Shown: positions 42,803-60,204 of the stretch, piece after piece
Layout of the letters: each line of letters begins with the position of its first letter
How positions within the stretch are numbered: the first letter of the stretch is position 1
NCBI GenBank assembly: GCA_963827655.1
Contig: CAWHCF010000008.1
Coordinates: 32,001 to 96,000, forward strand
Source of the DNA: an uncultured Acidobacteriota bacterium
GTDB lineage: Bacteria > Acidobacteriota > UBA6911
Direction of reading: 5' to 3'
DNA length: 64,000 nucleotides
Notes under the pieces: generated by a model
What the model saw: the letters and a program-made list of their open reading frames with translations, nothing else
Databases searched by the model: none
What the model was told of the DNA's origin: nothing
Program-made: the position numbers and the translations under genes

Positions 42803-43354
42803 ATGGAAAAAGAGACTATGGAGCGGGAAAAGAAGTGGTACATCATCCACACCTATTCGGGATACGAGCGAAAGGTTGCGGAAAGCCTGATGAATCGTAT
42901 CCAGGCTTATGACCTGGGCGAATGCATAGGTCAGATCCTCATACCCACCGAGGATGTGGTGGAGATGAAAAGCGGCAAGAAGATTGTCACGACCAAGCTG
43001 ACTTTTCCCGGCTATATCCTGGTGGAAATGGATATGACCGACAAGGCGTGGCATGTCGTGCGCGGAACTCCCAAAGTCACCGGGTTCATAAGCACAGGCA
43101 AGAAACCCACGCCACTGACAGAGCAAGAAATCAACGAGGTCGTAAACCGCGTTTCGCTGACGTCCGAGCAGCCCAAGCCGAAGTTCACATTCGATCGTGG
43201 AGATTCGGTAAAGATCATCGATGGTCCGTTCAAGGACTTTACCGGAGTGGTCGATGATGTCAATCCGGATCGGAGCACGCTCAAGGTCATGTTAACCATT
43301 CTTGGGCGCGCCACTCCCGTGGAATTGGAGTCGGAGCAGGTAGAGAAGGTGTAA
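42803..43354 (+). CDS. nusG: Transcription termination/antitermination factor NusG
   Basis: WYIIHTYSGYE, FPGYILVEM and KOW motif DGPFKDFTG. Confidence 0.98.
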   Translation: MEKETMEREKKWYIIHTYSGYERKVAESLMNRIQAYDLGECIGQILIPTEDVVEMKSGKKIVTTKLTFPGYILVEMDMTDKAWHVVRGTPKVTGFISTGKKPTPLTEQEINEVVNRVSLTSEQPKPKFTFDRGDSVKIIDGPFKDFTGVVDDVNPDRSTLKVMLTILGRATPVELESEQVEKV

Positions 43355-43417
43355 CCAGGAAGTTCACAACTGATGGCGCCCTATCGGCTCGTCAGTTGTC
43401 GCAGACGGAGTGGTTAA

Positions 43418-43843
43418 ATGGCCAAGAAAATTGTTGCCAACGTCAAGTTGCAGGTGCCTGCCGGTAAAGCGACGCCGGCTCCTCCGGTCGGTTCGGCATT
43501 GGGACCGCATGGGTTGAACATCATGGATTTCTGCAAGGCGTTTAATGCCAAGACCGCCAAGCAGGAAGGCCTGATCATCCCGGTAGTGGTTACCGTTTAC
43601 AGCGATCGCACGTATAGCTTTATTACCAAGACTCCTCCGGCCGCGGTCCTGCTGAAGAAAGCCGCAAATATTGCCAAGGGGTCGGCGGAACCGAACAAGA
43701 CGAAAATCGGTAAGGTCACGATGAAGCAAGTGCGCGAGATTGCCCAGACAAAGGTTCCGGACTTGAATGCGGCCGACCTGGACGCCGCGGTACGGATCAT
43801 CCTCGGAACCGCTCGCAGCATGGGCCTCGAGGTTGAAGGATGA
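43418..43843 (+). CDS. rplK: 50S ribosomal protein L11
   Basis: [10 protein letters not shown] and GTARSMG. Confidence 0.98.
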   Translation: MAKKIVANVKLQVPAGKATPAPPVGSALGPHGLNIMDFCKAFNAKTAKQEGLIIPVVVTVYSDRTYSFITKTPPAAVLLKKAANIAKGSAEPNKTKIGKVTMKQVREIAQTKVPDLNAADLDAAVRIILGTARSMGLEVEG

Positions 43844-43876
43844 AGCAGCCAGTCGGTGTGAGGAATGAGGTGCGAA

Positions 43877-44575
43877 ATGCCCCAATCAGGGAAGAGCTAC
43901 AGGAAGTCGGCTTCAGAACGGGAGCGGAAGCTGTACCCGCTCACGGACGCAGTCGCGCTGGTAAAGAAAATCGCCTACGCCAAGTTTAACGAAACCGTGG
44001 AAATCGCCATGCGCCTGGGAGTGGATCCCAAGCATGCCGATCAGATGGTGCGGGGCACCGTGGTCCTCCCCAACGGGCTCGGTCGGAGCAAACGGGTTAT
44101 CGCCATTACTTCCGGCGACAAGGTCAAGGAAGCCCGCGAAGCGGGAGCCGACGAGGTGGGGGGTGATGACATAGTGGAACGTATCGCCGGAGGGTGGATC
44201 GATTTCGACGCGGTGGTGGCTACTCCGGACATGATGCGCAGCGTTGGCAAACTGGGAAAGGTGCTCGGTCCGCGAGGGCTTATGCCCAATCCCAAAACCG
44301 GAACGGTCACTTTCGAGGTCTCCAAGGCCATTCGCGACATCAAAGCCGGAAAGGTCGAGTTCCGAGTGGACAAGACCGGCATCGTGCATGCTCCCTGTGG
44401 CAAGGTGCAGTTCGATGAAGAGAAGCTCTACGAAAATGCCAGGGCGCTCATCGAAGCCGTGATTCGCGCCAAACCCGCAAGCAGCAAAGGAAAGTACGTA
44501 AGGAGCATCTCGATATCCTCGACCATGAGTCCGGGAATCTGGATAGACGAGGCTTCGGTCGAATCTCACCCATAG
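43877..44575 (+). CDS. rplA: 50S ribosomal protein L1
   Basis: [16 protein letters not shown]. Confidence 0.98.
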   Translation: MPQSGKSYRKSASERERKLYPLTDAVALVKKIAYAKFNETVEIAMRLGVDPKHADQMVRGTVVLPNGLGRSKRVIAITSGDKVKEAREAGADEVGGDDIVERIAGGWIDFDAVVATPDMMRSVGKLGKVLGPRGLMPNPKTGTVTFEVSKAIRDIKAGKVEFRVDKTGIVHAPCGKVQFDEEKLYENARALIEAVIRAKPASSKGKYVRSISISSTMSPGIWIDEASVESHP

Positions 44576-44650
44576 GGTGCCGCCGGGCAAGGTCCGGGCG
44601 GGCAATGAGGGGCCTCTCCTGGAGCGCCCCCTGGAGTCGAGAGGTTATAG

Positions 44651-45163
44651 ATGAACAAAACGGAGAAGCAGCAGGTCATCGATACCCTGGGTGAGAAATT
44701 TCGCGCCATCAACAGTGTGTTCTTGATCGATTACCGAGGCCTCAAGGTGGTGGATGCGACTGAACTGCGCCGAAAAATTCGGGAAATAAACGGATCGTAC
44801 GTCGTAATCAAGAACACGATAGCCTTGAGAGCTGCGAAGCAAACTAAACTGGAACACCTCAGTGAACATTTCAAGGGTCCGACGGCCCTGGCCTACCACC
44901 CCCGCGATGTTGTGGGGCTGGCAAAGCTGCTGACCGATATCGCGAAGACCAATCCTAACATTCAGTTCAAAGCCGCGCTGATCGAAGGAAAGGTGGTCGC
45001 TACTTCCGATATTCAGGCGATTGCCGCCATGCCGTCTCGTGAAGTAATGCTTGGGAGGCTGCTGTCCCTGATGAAGGCGCCCGCTCAAAGATTGGCGGTT
45101 ACCTTGAAGGCTCCCTTGCGAGACCTATCCCTGGTCCTGAGACAGATTCAGAAGCAGGCTTGA
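44651..45163 (+). CDS. rplJ: 50S ribosomal protein L10
   Basis: DYRGL, KNT and GPT motifs; operon position. Confidence 0.96.
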   Translation: MNKTEKQQVIDTLGEKFRAINSVFLIDYRGLKVVDATELRRKIREINGSYVVIKNTIALRAAKQTKLEHLSEHFKGPTALAYHPRDVVGLAKLLTDIAKTNPNIQFKAALIEGKVVATSDIQAIAAMPSREVMLGRLLSLMKAPAQRLAVTLKAPLRDLSLVLRQIQKQA

Positions 45164-45243
45164 TTCATTGGTGATGACCGCGGAGCAGGATCTACCGCGA
45201 GGACGCGAATAGTTTTGGGTAATCAATTAACCTGGAGGAAGTA

Positions 45244-45633
45244 ATGGCGATTACAAAAAGCGAAGTCTTGGATTGGATCGATCAGGCCACGATGCTTGAG
45301 ATCTCGGACCTGGTGAAGAGCCTGGAGGACAAATACGGCATCAGCGCAGCTGCTGCCATGCCGGTTGCCGTGGGCGGCTCGGCGGCGGCGGGCGGGGAGG
45401 CCAAGCCGGCCCAGGAGGAGAAAACTGAATACGACGTCATTCTGACGGCCGTGGGCGACAAGAAGATCAACGTCATCAAGGCAGTTCGGGAAGTAACCAG
45501 CCTCGGCTTGAAGGAGGCCAAAGATCTGGTGGAGGGAGCTCCGAAGCCCGTCAAAGAGGGAGTTTCCAAGGAGGAAGCGGAAGCGATCAAGAAGAAGTTC
45601 GAGGACGCCGGAGCCAGCGTGGAAATCAAGTAG
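45244..45633 (+). CDS. rplL: 50S ribosomal protein L7/L12
   Basis: [10 protein letters not shown] and [11 protein letters not shown]. Confidence 0.98.
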   Translation: MAITKSEVLDWIDQATMLEISDLVKSLEDKYGISAAAAMPVAVGGSAAAGGEAKPAQEEKTEYDVILTAVGDKKINVIKAVREVTSLGLKEAKDLVEGAPKPVKEGVSKEEAEAIKKKFEDAGASVEIK

Positions 45634-45666
45634 ATCCGACTGACCAGTGAAAACAAAGGGAGTGAA

Positions 45667-49966
<4,300 letters not shown>

Positions 49967-49969
<3 letters not shown>

Positions 49970-50018
49970 TGACGATTGACGATTGACGATTGAAAAATTG
50001 AAGATCGTCGATCGTCAG
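49967..50018. repeat. 7-mer palindromic element between rpoB and rpoC
   Basis: tgatgacgattgacgattgacgattg...gatcgtcgatcgtca. Confidence 0.8.
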
Positions 50019-50092
50019 TCCGAATTCACATGAAGGGTCTATTCGTAGCCGAGAAACTTACTTCAAATTTAAACCATTAGGAGTAACAAAAA

Positions 50093-54284
<4,192 letters not shown>

Positions 54285-54323
54285 GAGCAGCATTAACCGG
54301 CAGGCCGCAAAGATAAGAAAGCC

Positions 54324-54354
54324 AAAAAAGGCGGGGATTATCCTCGCCTTTTTT
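54324..54354 (+). terminator. Intrinsic (bidirectional-type) terminator after rpoC
   Basis: aaaaaa-ggcgggga-tta-tcctcgcc-tttttt. Confidence 0.85.
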
Positions 54355-54384
54355 CTTTGCGTCCCTCGCGTCTAGCGGTTGACG

Positions 54385-55305
54385 ATGTCCAACGCAGTCC
54401 GTGATGCCCTCATGCGGCGAGTGCACCAATCGCTGCGCTGTCCGGGATGTCACCTGAGACTCGCGCATGTGGCCGGGAACCGTGACATCCGGTGCCACCA
54501 ATGTCATGTTACTTTTCCGGTCTTACCGGGGGAAGTTCCCGTTCTGCTGCTTCAGGACCGTCGGGCGCAGTTCGCAAATCTTCTCAGCGAGGACGAAGGT
54601 GGCGTGCGAATGGCTCAAGAGTATAGCCGTTACGGGACGTGGCGAGGAAAACTACGCAACGCTTTGAAGCCTCCCTCTATCGTTTATGACGTCGACGTCG
54701 CCCGAAAATACTCCTGGATCTACGACACCCAGGGCGAAGCGACCCTGATTCTCAGCATCGGCGGAGGTCCAGGTCGGGAAAACCCGCGCGTAATTAATTT
54801 GAATGTAGACGCATTCGACTCGGTCGACATAATTGGCGATGGCACTAATATCCCGCTGGTGGATGGATCCGTCGATACCGTCACGTGTAATGCCGTCATC
54901 GAGCACGTATCCAATCCCGCTGATTTACTCTCCGAGATGTACCGGGTTCTGGCGCCGGGCGGTTACGCCCAGCTGATGGTTCCATTCGTCTTCCCGTTTC
55001 ACGCCTACCCTTCCGATTACCAGCGTTACAGCACCATGGGCATTCTCGAACTGACTCGGTCGTTTGACAAGATCGAACTCTGCGTTCTGACGGGTCCCAC
55101 TTCCGCCATGGCAGTGCTGTTTCGCGAGTATCTTCGGCTGCTTGTTCCCGGAGGAAACGGTCGTTTTCTCAGGCCGGTTCTCAATGGCATCTCGGGCTGG
55201 CTGACATTCCCGATCAAGTACCTCGACCTGTGGCTGAATCGCAAGCCGGAAGCGGCCAACATGTCGGCTGCCTTCTACTACCTGGGACGCAAGCCGAGCG
55301 CTTGA
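54385..55305 (+). CDS. Class I SAM-dependent methyltransferase with N-terminal Trm112-like Zn ribbon
   Basis: LRCPGC...CHQC...FPV; ILSIGGG, VIEHV, LAPGG and HAYPSDYQR. Confidence 0.85.
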   Translation: MSNAVRDALMRRVHQSLRCPGCHLRLAHVAGNRDIRCHQCHVTFPVLPGEVPVLLLQDRRAQFANLLSEDEGGVRMAQEYSRYGTWRGKLRNALKPPSIVYDVDVARKYSWIYDTQGEATLILSIGGGPGRENPRVINLNVDAFDSVDIIGDGTNIPLVDGSVDTVTCNAVIEHVSNPADLLSEMYRVLAPGGYAQLMVPFVFPFHAYPSDYQRYSTMGILELTRSFDKIELCVLTGPTSAMAVLFREYLRLLVPGGNGRFLRPVLNGISGWLTFPIKYLDLWLNRKPEAANMSAAFYYLGRKPSA

Positions 55306-55309
55306 GAGG

Positions 55310-55384
55310 CTTCGGGTTTCTTCGTGTCTTCGAGGTCGGTGCGACGGAACCAACCTAACCTCTAAGACACAAAGACGCCAAGGA
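55310..55384. repeat. 8-mer palindromic intergenic element
   Basis: tttcttcgtgtcttcgagg ... cctctaagacacaaagacgccaag. Confidence 0.75.
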
Positions 55385-55465
55385 TCCTTGTCGAAAAAGT
55401 CTGAAAATACAGTAACCTCTTGAAGAGCGAGGGTAAGGCGCATCGACGCGAAGAGAACCTCCAGG

Positions 55466-56470
55466 ATGCATGACGGGTACCGGATGCGTCTCAGGCTGCT
55501 GGCTGTGCTTTTTCTCGCCGGCGTTGTCCTGGCCGGCGAGGCGGCCACGCCGGCGGCGGAATGGCTCGCCTCGATCCGGCCGTCTGCGGAGCTGAAGGCA
55601 TTCCTGGACGGCGTCATGGCCGACTTCCTCGCCCGCGACGCCAAGCTGCGCGGGGCCAAGGTGCGCGTGGCGCTCATCGATCTCGCGCATGGCGAGCCGC
55701 CCCGCCTGGCCGATTATCACGGGACGGCCCCGATCTACCCGGCGAGCGTGGTCAAGTTCGTCTACCTGATGGCCGCCTACCGCTGGCAGGAGGAGGGCCG
55801 GCTCCGGATCGAGGGCGGTTTGGACCAGGATCTGTCGGAGATGATCCGCCAGTCGAGCAACCAGGCGACCCGGAAGGTGTTCGCGCACCTGACCGAAACG
55901 GAGCCCGGCCCCGAGCTGTCCCCCGAGGCGTATCGGGACTTTCGCGAGCGACGTCTCGCGGTGAAGCGCTGGCTCGTGAGCCTCGGCATCGACGACCTCC
56001 ACTGTGTGAACCCCACCTACGATGGCAACGGCGACCTCTTCGGCCGCGACCGGCAGTTCATCAGCGACGCGACTGTCCCAGGCGGGCTCGGACGGAGCGG
56101 CGGCTCCGGGCCCAACCGGCAGGCAATGACGGCGATCGGCACGGCGAAGCTGCTCGCGCTCCTTGCGACCGACCGAGCGCTCACGCCGGCGGACTCGGCC
56201 ATCGTCCGCGCTCGCATGCGGCGCGATCCGAAGGAACAACGCCACCTGGCGGCGCGCATCGCCGGCGGCGCGGCGCGCGTGGGTGGCCTCGAGGTGTATG
56301 CGAAGAGCGGGACCTGGGGGCCAATCTACGCTGACGCGGGCATCGTGCGGCAGGTGGCGTCGGGGCGACAGATGGTGATCGTCGTGTTCACGGAGGCGAG
56401 CCCGGCGTATCGCGGTGATTTCATTGCGAAGCTGACGGCGGCGAGCGCCGAGCGAGTGCTGGGCGAGTGA
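55466..56470 (+). CDS. Exported class A beta-lactamase-like serine hydrolase
   Basis: ASVVK (SxxK), SSN (SxN) and KSG (KTG) motifs; signal peptide. Confidence 0.85.
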   Translation: MHDGYRMRLRLLAVLFLAGVVLAGEAATPAAEWLASIRPSAELKAFLDGVMADFLARDAKLRGAKVRVALIDLAHGEPPRLADYHGTAPIYPASVVKFVYLMAAYRWQEEGRLRIEGGLDQDLSEMIRQSSNQATRKVFAHLTETEPGPELSPEAYRDFRERRLAVKRWLVSLGIDDLHCVNPTYDGNGDLFGRDRQFISDATVPGGLGRSGGSGPNRQAMTAIGTAKLLALLATDRALTPADSAIVRARMRRDPKEQRHLAARIAGGAARVGGLEVYAKSGTWGPIYADAGIVRQVASGRQMVIVVFTEASPAYRGDFIAKLTAASAERVLGE

Positions 56471-56688
56471 GCGGCGGGGGTGAACGCTTGTGCGGAAAAG
56501 TGGCTGATGAATAGGCTTGCCGCCCTCGTCACCGCCTCCCGGACCGGAGAGATCTTCGAGGTAGCTTAGCTTGATCTTGCGACCAACAATGAGCTCTTTA
56601 TCGAACTGGCGTCGAAAGCTCTCCGTTGGGGTGTACCGACGGACCCGGTAAGGATGGTTGTGCCGGATCGGCTCCTTTCCGGCCTTCT

Positions 56689-57800
56689 CTACTTTTCTGG
56701 GTGGAACATCGTCTCTAGAGTCCGTCCGAGAGCGATCAGACTTTCCAGACTATGGGCGGGCAGGAAGTAATCCAGGTGTGGGAGGACCGCCTGCATTCCT
56801 TTACAGAGAGGCTCATAGTTTTGGCTGGCCAGCAGAGGGTTGAGCCAAAGTACTTTCTGGCAACGCCTCTTTATATTCTTCATCTCCTGCGCAAGCAGAT
56901 CCACGTCTCCACAGTCCCAACCGTCGCTGATGACTATAATCACGGTTCGATGGTCCACAAGCTCCCTCGCGAAATCCTGATTGAAAGTCGAGAAAGAGCG
57001 GCCCATGTTCGTTCCTCCGGACCAGCCCGACACGTGGCTCGAAAGTCTTTCGAGCGCGCGTTCGATGTTCCCGGTACGAAGGAGATGCGTGATCCGGCTG
57101 AGTGAAGTGCTGAACACGAAAGTCTCGACGCCCCAAAGCTCGTTCTGCAGGCCGTACATGAACTGAATCAGGAAACGGCTGTAGGATTCCATCGATCCAC
57201 TGACATCACAGAGCAACACGATGCGCGTCTTCTTGATCCTCCGCCTGCGCCGCGCGAACTCCACAATGTCGCCGCCGTAGCTCAGGCTCTTTCGCATGGT
57301 TCGGCGAAGATCGATTGCATTCGCGCTGTCAGCAAGTTTCTTGCGGCGGCTCAGTCGCGTAGCAATCCGGGCAGCCATGAAAAGAATGGCGCGGCGCATC
57401 TCGAGACTTTCCTCGATGCTCAATTCATTGAAATCCTTCTTGCTGAGGATCTCAACCGGACTATAGGCAAATGAGCCCGCAGAGCCTTGCTCCAAGGCTT
57501 CCTCGAGGTCCATTAGCGTGAGTCCGAGCCGGTCGGCCCCGGTACGGTCTCCTCCAAAGTATCTGCCGGAGATACGCCGAATCGGCGATCCCGCCAGAAG
57601 GTGTCGAACGTACGATCGAAGACCGGGATTTCTTCTTTGCGAGAAATGAGGTTGGCACGAAGGGCGCTGTAGAAATCCGACCGGCAACCGATGTCTACGA
57701 ATTCAAGCGAGCGGCTGGCATCGATGACTTGGCCGAGACTGATTCGGATTCCCGCATCCTTCAAAGAGCGGCTAAAACCCAAAACGTCTGTGATCTGCAT
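56689..57800 (-). CDS. coxE: VWA domain protein CoxE (indel near 57520)
   Basis: CDVSGSM MIDAS, GGT, ISDGWD and WLNPL; N-terminus in ORF 57513-57800. Confidence 0.88.
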
Positions 57801-57808
57801 GGTACGTT

Positions 57809-58729
57809 CTACGCCTGGATCTCGGCTGACTCTTTAACGACCAGATCGAGGTCCAGCGTCTTGTTTGCCATTTCACCGTGCATTCGCTCGATGTCTTCTT
57901 TGTACTTGAAAATGCAGCCCAGCGTTTCCTCAACGGCGGCTTGGTCCAATGCGCGACGATTCAGGGCAAGAAGAGCTGAAGCCCAATCCAGGGTCTCGGC
58001 GATGCCCGGACGTTTGTAAAAATTCAGCCGCCGTATGCGCTGCATCAGAGCGCAGATTTGCCTGGCGAGAACAGTTTCGATGCCGGGAAGTTTTGCCATG
58101 ACGATTGCGTGTTCCTTTTCGAACGCCGGATAATCAATCCAGTGAAACAGGCAGCGGCGCTTCAGCGCGTCGTGAATTTCCCGTGTCCGATTCGATGTCA
58201 GGAAAACGTAGGGGCGCTGTCTGGCGCGGATGGTTCCGATCTCGGGAATGGTGATTTGAAAGTCAGAGAGGACTTCCAGGAGGAAGGCTTCGAACTCCAT
58301 GTCCGCGCGATCGATCTCGTCGATGAGGAGAACCGGTGGCGTGGGAGCGTCCGACTGGATTGCTTCGAGCAGGGGCCTTTTGATCAGATACTCTTCGGTA
58401 AAGATCGAGGACTCTACCGCCTCGCGGCTTCCGCGCCCGATTTCCTCCAGTTTGATCCGCAGCATCTGTTTAGGATAGTTCCACTCGTAAAGGGAGGTGT
58501 TGACATCGAGTCCCTCGTAGCATTGTAGCCGGATGAGCCTGGTGTCCAGCACCTCGGCCAGCACCTTCGCCACTTCCGTCTTGCCCACGCCGGCCTCGCC
58601 TTCCAGGAGGACAGGTTTACCCATTGTGATCGATAGGTAGACCGCCGTGGCGAGTGATCGATCGCAAATGTACCGATGGTTTTCCAAAGCGTGTTGAATT
58701 TTGTCGATGGTCAGGTTTCTCGGATCCAC
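57809..58729 (-). CDS. coxD: MoxR-type AAA+ ATPase CoxD
   Basis: LEGEAGVGKT, LQCYEGLD, LLIDEIDRAD and ALKRRC; next to the CODH genes. Confidence 0.9.
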   Translation of the reverse strand: MDPRNLTIDKIQHALENHRYICDRSLATAVYLSITMGKPVLLEGEAGVGKTEVAKVLAEVLDTRLIRLQCYEGLDVNTSLYEWNYPKQMLRIKLEEIGRGSREAVESSIFTEEYLIKRPLLEAIQSDAPTPPVLLIDEIDRADMEFEAFLLEVLSDFQITIPEIGTIRARQRPYVFLTSNRTREIHDALKRRCLFHWIDYPAFEKEHAIVMAKLPGIETVLARQICALMQRIRRLNFYKRPGIAETLDWASALLALNRRALDQAAVEETLGCIFKYKEDIERMHGEMANKTLDLDLVVKESAEIQA

Positions 58730-58843
58730 CTGTGTCCTCCGTTCCTTGAAGATGGTGGAAACTGTTCAGCTCTTGAAAAGGTGTCACGAAGGCAGTATCG
58801 TCTTCTGCGTCAAAGCCACTCAGATCGATTCGGAGCCGCCGCT

Positions 58844-59719
58844 ATGATTCCTGCAGCCTTCGAGTATTGTGCGCCAACGAGCGTGGATGAGGCCATAGGT
58901 TTACTGAAGCAGCATGGATCGGAAGCGAAGATCCTGTCAGGGGGAATGAGCTTGATTCCCCTTCTGAAACTGCGCCTGGCAGCACCGCGTTTCATCGTGG
59001 ATATTAACCGCCTGCCGGGATTGAACTATATCAAAGAAGCCGATGGCTTCCTCAAAATAGGCGCCCTCACTCGCGAGGCGGATTTGGAACGATCGGAGTT
59101 GGTTCGTTCGAAATATCCAATCCTGTCGGATACGGCTTCCGTCATTGCCGATCCCCTGGTGCGCAACATGGCCACGATCGCGGGAAATCTGGCCCACGGA
59201 GATCCGGCCAATGATCATCCGGCGACGATGCTTGCGCTACGGGCGCAGGTCGTGGCCACCGGGCCGGGTGGTGAACGCACGATCCCGGTCAGCGATTTTT
59301 TCACTGGCCTCTTCACCACCGTTTTGAGTTCCGACGAACTCCTCACGGAAATCCAGATCCCCATTCCTCCGGCCGGCAGCGGTGGCGCTTACATCAAGCT
59401 GGAGCGAAAGGTCGGTGACTTTGCCACTGCTGCGGTGGCTGCGCAGTTGACGGTTGCCAGAGGCGACGTCTGCGAACGAGTGGGAATCGGCCTGACCAAT
59501 GCCGGGCCGAGACCGATGAAAGCCAAGAGAGCGGAGGATGCTCTTCAGGGCAAGAAAATCGACGGCGAGACGATCCGGCGGGCAGCCGGACTCGCTTCAG
59601 AGGAGTCTGACCCGAAATCGGACTTGCGTGGTCCTTCAGAGTACAAGCGTGATCTGATTCGCGTATTGACTGCGCGCGCTCTCCATCGGGCGCTGCAGCG
59701 GGCTCGGGGAGGAAAATAG
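58844..59719 (+). CDS. coxM: Aerobic CO dehydrogenase FAD subunit
   Basis: [15 protein letters not shown] and [17 protein letters not shown]. Confidence 0.93.
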   Translation: MIPAAFEYCAPTSVDEAIGLLKQHGSEAKILSGGMSLIPLLKLRLAAPRFIVDINRLPGLNYIKEADGFLKIGALTREADLERSELVRSKYPILSDTASVIADPLVRNMATIAGNLAHGDPANDHPATMLALRAQVVATGPGGERTIPVSDFFTGLFTTVLSSDELLTEIQIPIPPAGSGGAYIKLERKVGDFATAAVAAQLTVARGDVCERVGIGLTNAGPRPMKAKRAEDALQGKKIDGETIRRAAGLASEESDPKSDLRGPSEYKRDLIRVLTARALHRALQRARGGK

Positions 59720-59721
59720 CG

Positions 59722-60202
59722 ATGCCCAAACAGAAAATCCAGATCAAGGTGAATGGGAGCCTGATGGAAGCTGATGTCGAGCCCAGGCTGTTGCTGATCC
59801 ACTGCATCCGCGACGTGTTCCGCCTGACTGGGACCCATGTGGGATGCGATACCAGCCACTGCGGCGCGTGCACCGTGTTGGTCGACGGCAAGGCGATCAA
59901 GTCCTGCACTTTTTTTGCAGTTCAAGCCGATGGCCGGGATGTCACCACCGTTGAAGGGCTGGAAAAGGATGGGAACCTTCATCCTGTGCAGGAGGGGTTT
60001 TGGCAGGAGCACGGCTTGCAGTGCGGCTATTGCACGCCAGGCATGATGATCAGCGCAACTGCCTTCTTGAAGGAGAATCCCGAAGCCGACGGAAGACGAG
60101 ATCCGTGTGGCGATTTCGGGCAATCTCTGTCGCTGCACGGGCTACGTGAACATCGTCAAAGCAATTCAATATGCCGCAGCTAAACTTGCGGCGGGAGGGT
60201 AA
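59722..60202 (+). CDS. coxS: Aerobic CO dehydrogenase 2Fe-2S subunit (indel near 60092)
   Basis: [11 protein letters not shown] and QCGYCTPG; the shifted frame gives GNLCRCTGY. Confidence 0.93.
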
Positions 60203-60204
60203 CC

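Noticed and set aside
44576-44650. L10 leader RNA upstream of rplJ
   Set aside because: The spacer is only ~75 nt and I could not identify the conserved leader features by eye.
56507-56688. Possible gene fragment or TAG readthrough ORF (MNRLAALV...EVA*LDLA...)
   Set aside because: Short, with no recognisable homology and no pyrrolysine machinery in view.
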